Of a DNA stretch of 64,000 nucleotides, positions 55,561 through 64,000 are shown in pieces. The number at the start of each line of letters is the position of its first letter. The stretch's first letter is position 1. The notes beneath the pieces were generated by a model. That model worked only from the letters and a program-made list of their open reading frames with translations, was not told the origin of the DNA and did no database searches. The stretch is from the human T2T-CHM13v2.0 reference genome, Homo sapiens. The DNA lies in the NCBI RefSeq assembly GCF_009914755.1, contig NC_060931.1. One strand, given 5' to 3'. The position numbers and the translations under genes are program-made.

Positions 55561-55999
55561 TTTCTTATAAATAATCCATGAAATTCTTCCTTCATTTCAT
55601 AAATAATAAAATAAAAAATATAATACAAAAAAAGTAAAAATATCAAAATGAAAAAACATTTTTTTGGAGTTGTTATACAGGAAGGAAAGATTTCAAAATT
55701 TTTGCAATTATACTTTCATCATTATCTTTTAATAGATAACTATTTTGTCTCAATCTTCAAGATCTTTAGACTGTAGTTTGAGGCATTTTCAGCTTTTAAT
55801 ACCTAGAAAATAAATAGTCAAAAAGCCAAACTTTTAAACCATTCATCTATTTATAACTCTTTAGATCTGGCATTATCTTAAAAAAAACTCCAATATATAC
55901 TTCACCTAAGAATGCCCTTAAAAGTTTACCAGAAGTATATTACATAAAATTTGATCAATCAGTGTGATACATTCCTAAATTTAATTATTGCAGAGAGAT

Positions 56000-57122
56000 G
56001 AATAGATAAAAAATAAAAATTTAAACCAACTAGTTGTTTACACTGTTTTAAGGTTAAAAAATGATAGGTAACTTACTTGCTATAGCAAGAGAGTATCAAA
56101 GAATATAGTAAACATGTAAGCCCCCTCGGACATGCCCTAACTGACAAAAAGGGTAAATCCAAGCATTAATATGAATAATAGCTTCAAAGAATTAAAACAT
56201 ATCAAATATGTTTCAATCTTTGGTTTTATAATGACACTAAAAATAAAAAGAAAAAGGAATTGGTTATTTTTGGGGGGTGGTAGGGAACTATCTGTTATTT
56301 TGAAATACGGTAAACAGATAAAGGGAAATTGTCCAGCTCTCTCTGCCTTTATCCGAGATTTCTTGTACAGACTGTAACACGGGGTAACCAAATATTGACT
56401 CAAAAGAAGTTTATATTTTTCTAAATATTTCAAGAAGAAATAATGATTGATATATAATATTATCATTTTGCAACATTTAATTAATTAATAAATATATTCC
56501 AGGGATTGAGCATCAGTGGCCACAAGCGGGACAAAGTAAGAGACCACCAGACATATGTGCCTCCCAGTCCAAGAATACAAGACCGACTTGTGACAAAGAA
56601 ATTGGACATGATTTGGACCAAGCATATTGAAAAAATACCAATGTACAAGTAACACAGAGGCAGAGAAACTTGTTAACTACCCTGTAGTATGCAATGAGCA
56701 AAACCCAGTTTGCGAGGAATCCTACAGGTGCAAAGACCAAGTTTTTTTCTTTTCTTTTTTTTTTTTTTTAAAGGCGATTCACTGAAAAAGAAGGGAGGCG
56801 GAGGAGAATACGTAAATTAAAAGAAGCTTAGAAAAATATTAAAAATAGAACAGGACAACTACACTAGTGTTTTGTGGGCTCTGTGAGTGATAAATCAAGA
56901 AATTATTATCATTAAATCAGGATAGTGTTACATTTAGAAGGGTGGGAACGAGTTGTGATAGGGATGAGTTGAATGCAAGACTTATGAGATGGCTGGCAAA
57001 TTTCAATTTTTTGGCCTGGATGGTGGTTATAAGAATGTCTGACATACAATCATTTATGAAGCTATGCATTTGTTTAATTCTGTTTTCTGTATCTCTGCTA
57101 TATTTGAAATACAAATTTAAAA
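56000..57122 (+). mobile_element. L1MC/MD-type 3' end
   Basis: aggatagtgttacattt...ttggcctggatggtggtta...ttttctgtatctctgctatatttgaaatacaaatttaaaa. Confidence 0.6.
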
Positions 57123-57244
57123 CTGGGCTAGTGAATATATTTACGATACAATTTTCAGAGATGTCCTGAAAAGTTTTATCTTTATATTAAGGATGAATTT
57201 ATCAAGTTGATAAACACAAGAAGTCAAAGGTGATATTTTCAGTA

Positions 57245-57250
57245 TTTATT
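57245..57250 (-). terminator. Distal polyadenylation signal AATAAA of PCLO
   Basis: TTTATT on the + strand at the boundary between unique UTR-like sequence and the downstream L1; T/GT-rich sequence follows on the minus strand. Confidence 0.7.
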
Positions 57251-60200
57251 AGTAAGGCTGAGGCAACAGCCTTTATACGGCACAGTTTACATAAGTTATC
57301 AAGATACATCTTGTATACAATCACAAAACCAAGACATATTTTTACATAGAGTAAAACTCAAGACGGATTTACAAGCATTTTTTTTTAAATGCAACTCTCA
57401 TGTATTTTCAGGTCAATTTATACAGTCCTTAGTCCAAGAATTTGCATTTGTCCATTAGATTTTCCAAAGGGATTTGGGTAAAACAAACAAACAAAAAAAC
57501 ACATTAGCAAATCACCAACATGGCATGCAACATATAGTTAGAAACAAGACATATCTTCAAGTACTTTAGTTTTTATTTCAAAATCAGTTTTATTAAGATG
57601 TTTATGTTTTCAGACAAGAAAATTTTTTCTTAAACCTCATATGTGTTTTTAGGATATTAGCACACACATTAATCAGTAGTGGGAGCACCTGAGCACGTCA
57701 CCAAACAAATATACAGACACAATCAAACAATAATCATATTCACATGCTAAATGCCAAATGAAATTAATATTTCAACTTCGTCTACTTTACCAAGTGTATA
57801 CTTATGTACAAGGTAATGCATTAAGAAAATGCTCTCAATCTACCTATCAGATAAAGAATTTGATTAAATAATTTTGGCCTAATGGATACCTTTAATAATA
57901 GAACATGAAACATACAGAAAACAGCATTGTATCATATTCAATGAGAATATTTGTTTCACTCATTCATTACTGTATTACACCCAAGGCAAGTAATTATTAA
58001 ATAAATAGCTCATAATTATTCATTGAGTCTTCTTTCACTTTCATGTCAAGCTCAAAAAGAGGGAAGGAAGATCACTTCTGTCACACATAACACATATATA
58101 GCTGTAGTTGGCTGATTTTGGAATATTTGACATTGTAGCAATGAAAATAAGTTTTTAAAAATATTGTTAGTTATGATTTAAATAATAAAGTAAAAAAATA
58201 CTATAAACATCTTTATGATATTTTAATGAAATGAAGCATTGATCAAATAATTTCTAATAAATTGGGCACAATATAATATATACTTTTATTTTACTTCACA
58301 TCACCACCACCGCTAATATCACTACTGCTACCACCACTATCATTACAGTCATTCCTATAATAAGAATCAATATCAGCTGGTTACCAGCTATAATATTCCC
58401 ACAATATGACTATTTAAATGTGTGTGATCCACAAAATTAATTCCACTGGTATGCTGAAAATATGCGTTTAATTAGTGTAATTTATTAAAATATGGGCAAT
58501 ATTAAAGAGTAAAGATAACTGATGCCCCTTAGTCTTGATATTTTAAACTGAAATATAAATAAAGAGTTCAGAGTCACCAAAAATCTTCTTAATCTTAAGT
58601 AAAAACAGAGAAAACACCAACTTCGTGCTACTAGGGTTATTTGTGTCTGTAATGACTATTCTATATTCCCTGTCTTTTGTAAAAAATTCACTCTGTGCTT
58701 TTGTTTCTACAGCCGAAAGTTTCTTTAGGACCAAATTTGAAACCAAGAAGCAACATCAGTCTCTGATGACTCAATGAAATTGTGGGAAAAACTGAGATGC
58801 TCTTCAAGGTAAAAGTGCTGTAATTGGAGTAATTACGTATTATATAGAGATTACAAACTCTGTCAGTATTAGAATAAAAAAAAGTTAATTCCAATAAAAT
58901 GAAATAAACTAAAGAGTGAAAAACCATGTACTGTGATATGTACAAAAAAGTAAAAAACACCAAGAGCCCTATTTGCAATAAAAAAGAAACAGTTTTGTTG
59001 TAAGAAGGGTAGTCAACATCATTCAGAAGAAACGCATTCATATAAGGATCAGTGTTGCATAGAATAATTCCAGTACAACCTAGAAGTTTGGTCAGCTGCA
59101 AACTTGGCACACTGGCAGGATCTTATGCTCTCTGAAGGGGAATGCTGGTGCACAAAAAGAAGCCCTGTTGTCAACTCTGCTGATTGACCTAGCCCCATCG
59201 CTAGTTCCTTGGAACGGAGGGGCTTCTATAATGGAAAGACTCCTACGCTTTCAGGTTAAATAGCTACCAAAGAGATAATCTTTGTTTTGGTGATCCCTCC
59301 ATTTATATTATTCTAAAAGAAATTGCAACTGGAATGAAGAAAGCTAACTGGTCATACAAACTCTCATGCATACCTATGGATATGAGTGGCTGCAAAAGAG
59401 GATCAGAGATGAGTCAGGGTTTTCTTTTAAGGGCAAATACCAGAGCCTTTTTATGTCAGAAGGAGATCTCCTTGGACTTTTTCTTCCCCAATTATGAGTG
59501 ATGATTATAGGCTTCTTCAAGTGCTAGCTTCTGCTGGAAATATCCATGGCAACCATCAGCAGATCTAATAGTTTCTAAAAATAAAATACTAGCAATATAA
59601 TGTCTTTGATGATTCCACTCTCCCATGCTCATTTTAGAGCAATGTCAATGGTAAATGACATTGTATTGTCAGTGGAGGGGGATTAAAAAATAGAGGGAAG
59701 AAAAGTTATGGTTATCTTTCTCAGTTTGGGGAAGATCGAATTTGTATTCTGAAGTCATATATATATCCTGGGATATATTAGAAATTCTCTTATTTTTAGT
59801 GCTTTACAGTCCTCTCAAATTTAGAGCATTTTTTCTTTAAAAATGAGAAAATTCAATATCCAACCAATATCTAGAGTTGGTTTTCTCTAATTCCACTAAC
59901 ACTTCACCCTTAAATAAAGCAGCAGGTTTTAAGCTCAGAATGCTCTGAGAAGCAATTTGATTTATTTCTTTTGGGTAGAATATAGGACTAGGGTAAGACC
60001 AGCATTATTCATTTAATTTAGGATAGCAAAATTTGCATTTTCATGTAATTCTTCACCTTTAGTCAGGTTAAAGTTTATATTTTAAATAAAAAATAAGTTT
60101 TGTGGCTAATTTACTGCTTTTATCCATGTCAATCCTTGCCATTGGTTTAGATGATGTTTTTCACATATAAAATTTGAGAATTAAAAAGATATGTAATAAT

Positions 60201-60309
60201 TATTCCTCACTTCTGTGTATAAAACTATATTTGGAAATGTGCTTTCATCTTTCATGGATCATTGATTTATCATCACAACATCTCATTTGGAAGGTTAAGA
60301 ATATATAAT

Positions 60310-60440
60310 TGTTTTTATCCTATAGATAAGAAAACTGGGGTAAAGTGAGTGTAAGTGACATGTGCAAGGTGACACAGTCAGTGGTAGAACTAAGACCAGA
60401 AGACAGGCTTTTATTCCCTGCTGAGTGTTTTTTCCACAAC
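60310..60440. mobile_element. MIR remnant inside PCLO 3' UTR
   Basis: agataagaaaactggggt...aagtgacatgtgcaaggtgacacagt MIR core. Confidence 0.65.
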
Positions 60441-61785
60441 TTCACGTTACTTCCTTAATTAATAATGCTGATAGAGAAGAGGGTGCTTCATTTTAAGACT
60501 TGGACATTAGTTGTTTTATTCATTATTATTAAAATAGCTCAAAGTATATTTTAATCTCAGGTAAATGTTGACTTTTCACATATTTTCCCAACATTGATGA
60601 ACTTGATCACTGTGATACTGTCACTAAAGTAAGAAAATAGAGCACTAGAGAGAACTCGAGTTTAGTGTCATGTTTTCATGATACAATCAGTAAATGAATT
60701 AAGTCATTAAGGAAAAAAGCATAAAATATTATGAAATGAGGATCCATTTAATTAATCAATGTCACAAGATTAATATGGTTTGTTTGCCAGAGAAAGAATT
60801 TTCTTTCTCTGTCAATGCATCGCTCAACAGAAAGGAAATGTGCAGGATAATACATTTATTTGCAGTTTCACAAAGAGTAAGTTATCATGCTTCCTAGAAC
60901 ATATCAGTTTACTCTAGGTCCTTTGGTACATAGACTGAAGATGTCTTGGCTTAATGGTAAATTATGAAGATTTTGATGGTTTCAACCAAAATTCCAATAT
61001 TTTATGGGGCAACATTCTTCTTTGTTAGCCAGTCATAGTTTTATTTCTAGATAAATTCAATTTTATTTCTACTGAGTATTATCTTCACTCTACCTTGTTT
61101 CAAATGATACAGAAACAAATGTGCTTTTACCACATGGATTCCAAAGTCAGTGTTGTATATGCTTGTAACATTTAGACACAGAGAAAACTGGTAAAATATG
61201 GCCTGAAAGCCACAATTTCTACATCTCCTCTTCCATTTTCCCTAAGAACACAGCCACCTCACTTCCAGCCCTGGACACATACTGTAGGTATATCTTATGT
61301 CAGAATCTGAAAGCAGCAAGTTGTCTGAATAGAAGACGATGAAGGAAGATTTTTGAAGTTTTGAAAACTGAGATTTGTTACATCAGTCCTTTCCTTTCAA
61401 CCAAGGCTCCTTTGCATAAAGAATTACCTTTGTGCTGCATGAAAACCACATTAATCTTTGAGCCTGTCTTAAGCTATAGCTCAACTCTACTCAAAGATTA
61501 TTGTCTTAAGTAATCAAAATTTGTTTCACAGTTTCTCTTCACAGCCATGGGAAATTCAAGGTCTCAGAACTCCATTCTTCTTGTTTTCAGTATGTGAACT
61601 TTTTCAGTTGAATATCTTTGTGTGATCCACAACAATAAATGTACAAGGTCTTAAGTATGTTTTTGCTTGTTGTTCCCACTCTTATGTTTGCCTCTCAAAA
61701 CTTAGCTTTGTACAATAGTATTCAACTATAGTCTTGATGTGAGGCTATTTAGAGCAGTTTCTATACCCTGAGAAGACATGTTTCT

Positions 61786-61926
61786 TCAATGCGTTTGAGT
61801 AGGACTGACCAAAAGTTTGTGCCAGTTGACTATTCTTTTTCTGAGATCCACTTTGTCAAGCCAGATACAGGCTTCACCAATCAAGGTCTTTTTCATAAAC
61901 TTCCCTCCATTGGAGAAAAGTAAAAT
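61786..61926 (-). CDS. PCLO: Piccolo (PCLO) terminal coding exon (end of C2B domain, stop codon)
   Basis: Acceptor ttttttctAG at 61927-61936, then [49 protein letters not shown] (stop 61786-61788), the recognised C-terminus of the long Piccolo isoform. Confidence 0.97.
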   Translation of the reverse strand: MLLFSNGGKFMKKTLIGEACIWLDKVDLRKRIVNWHKLLVSPTQTH

Positions 61927-63849
61927 CTAGAAAAAATAGGCAAAAATAAACATATTTAATTTATACACATATACATGTGTATAGTTTTCAACCTTTTTTA
62001 AGGACATTTAATCATCAAAGACATAGCACGAAAGAGGGTGACGCTGAGTAGAAGTAGCAGACATATTTGCAGGAGAACTGATAACCAAGGTGTTCTCAAA
62101 AGATTTGCATGTAATATAAATTAATTCACATCAACATTTGTATTATTCTGCAAAGGAAAAGACACATTCTGAAGAATGTGAGAATACTAGGTAAGAAATG
62201 TCTAACTAGCTAATTCTAAGTTTATGCTTAAACTGATGGAAAGTTTCACAAAATAACTTTGCCAAATAATTTTTTACTAGTTTACACAAATCCAAATCAA
62301 ATAAAAGATTATCTGTATTCTGAATAAATAAATATAACTTCACAGAGCATTGTTTATATTTAGTATGAAATTTTCTGGTGATTTTACTATAGTATGTACT
62401 TCCAAGCTGTTTTCTGAAGTCATATGCAGAACTTATCACAAGGGTCTCAAACTAAAGAATTTTTTTTTTTCATTTTAAAGATGAGTTGAAGTAAAGAGAG
62501 CATTCAGTGGAGCTAAGCAGTAATCCTTGTAATTTTATTCTCTTTTTCTCTTCAGAATCTCCAGTTATATAATTTACCCTTATTCCTGGCGAAAACTTTT
62601 ATGCTTCTTACTTCAAAATTTGTACTTCCAGATATGACTATCTCTTCTGGTTTCTGGTTCAGGGATTTCAAGTGACATTGTATATTTTCACTCAAATCTC
62701 TGCCTTCTTATCAAATTCATTTCGGACAAACTATTGGTCTTTCTCTATTCCAAATTCCCTGACTACGTAATCTCTGTGAAATAATACATTTGTTGACACA
62801 GACTTCAGAGTGTCATTTCACATTTTTATTCCCTTCCAGTCTAATATCAGTTAATCTTCTCAATACATTTTTGCTTTGTAATATCTTTTATCTTTGTCTC
62901 TAATTCAAACCTTTAATTTCCTGTACCATGGTCTCTTCCTATATTTTTTTCTCTTTTCTCATTCCCCCATTTCTACTTTTATTCCTTGTCTCTATATCTA
63001 CTAAAGACGTACTATGTGCAAAGCATTGTGCAGGCTGTAGGCAATGAAAATTAGTCCTTGCCCTAGAGAAACTGATAGCATAGAAGCAGTGACAGGTAAG
63101 TACAGATATTGTTGTTACAAGACAGACTGGGATTGATAGCCTACTAATAGAAGCAAAATGCTTTGTGAATAAGGTAAGATGAATTATACCCAGGGTCATC
63201 AGTAAGGAGATGAAAGATGTGGAGTATTGTGATAGATGGCGAGAGTTGGAAAAGGGAGCTTTGAAGGGGAGAAAAAATATGAGCAAAGGATTGGAGGCTT
63301 AACATGACTTGAAAACAGTCTGTTGTGACTTGGAGTATTAAGTGAGTGGAAAAGTATCCAAGGAGCTGAGACTAAGTCAATACAATTAAAACTCACTTTG
63401 GAGGACTCTGAATGATTCAAGATAATGGTGAGTAATTGAAGAGCTTTAATGTAAACTAACCAGGGTTTTAAAATGTAACTCTGGCAGTGCTGTGATGAAA
63501 TGAACTAAAGGGATAAGGCATAAATGACAATAGGCCAGGTAAACAGATGAAATGATTTGAATAACAAAGATGGGGGCCCAAAAAGGTTTAGTGGCAGTAA
63601 GCATGGAAATAAGAAGAATCTATGTAAAATAAACTCCACAGACAGGGTAGAGAAGGCTTGGCAGCTGATTGGATGGGGTGAGTGGGCTGTGGAATTCTAA
63701 AAGATTCCTGGGGAGATACTGCTGAAAATTAATTAACTTCTCAAATGTCATATAGTGTATGATCAGTATATAAATATTGAATAATGGGATAAAAATAAAT
63801 ACAATATGAATGAGAAGTTTCAAATATGAACTACATAATACAGAGCTAC
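61927..63849 (-). other. PCLO: Last intron of PCLO (1923 bp, GT-AG)
   Basis: Lies between the two exons above with canonical GT/AG ends; contains an L2 remnant. Confidence 0.93.
62990..63720. mobile_element. L2 remnant in last PCLO intron
   Basis: tactatgtgcaaagcattgtgc...ccttgccctagagaaact...actctggcagtgctgtg motifs. Confidence 0.55.
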
Positions 63850-63995
63850 CTGAAGAGAATGTCCTGCAGGACTTAGACTGAATCGAAAAGTTTCATTAAA
63901 CGAAGGCTCTCGATCATGTCTGCATACTCTTGTTTTTTTCTTGATCACCTTTTTTTGGGTAGAAATATTCATCACATATATTTTCACATATAAAT
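63850..63995 (-). CDS. PCLO: Piccolo (PCLO) penultimate coding exon, C2B domain
   Basis: 146-bp minus-strand exon bounded by acceptor ttcAG (63996-64000) and donor GTagct (63849 downward). After 2 nt it translates to [48 protein letters not shown], which I recognise as Piccolo C2B. It ends in phase 0 and joins in frame to the next exon. Confidence 0.96.
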
Positions 63996-64000
63996 CTGAA

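Larger units (their letters stand above)
57225..61785 (-). other. PCLO: PCLO long 3' UTR (~4.5 kb)
   Basis: Nearly repeat-free AU-rich sequence runs from the stop codon to an AATAAA at 57245-57250, beyond which L1 sequence begins. The exact cleavage site is inferred. Confidence 0.75.

Noticed and set aside
58688-59110. 140-aa hydrophobic ORF on the PCLO strand
   Set aside because: It lies in the AT-rich 3' UTR, starts at a non-ATG codon, and has low-complexity F/L/Y composition with no recognisable domain.

Overview
Primate (human-like) genomic DNA, AT-rich and dense in repeats. The right end holds the 3' end of PCLO (Piccolo) on the minus strand: the last two coding exons (63850-63995 and 61786-61926, C2B domain, ending ...[11 protein letters not shown]) and a ~4.5 kb 3' UTR ending near an AATAAA at 57245-57250. 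The ORF track misses both exons. The remaining ~57 kb downstream is intergenic and packed with decayed retroelements. These include a one-LTR MER66-type provirus with gag, integrase and an ERV-V-like env remnant (13506-~19100, minus), an ERVL/MLT2 provirus (~36835-42926), an LTR16/HERV16 provirus (45437-~51300), THE1, MER41, MER39, MER34 and MLT1 LTRs (often nested), Tigger-derived DNA transposons, old L1/L2/MIR and about 14 Alus. I found no intact novel protein-coding system; the other short ORFs are transposon debris or chance. The most notable oddities are the ERV-V-related env fossil, a probable 3'-UTR-only retrocopy (HNRNPA3-like) fused to an inverted L1 fragment, an inverted LTR fragment inside the ERVL provirus, a 23-bp-arm hairpin and a strong CTCF motif. 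Repeat subfamily names are recalled from consensus sequences, not from a search, and boundaries of old repeats are approximate.
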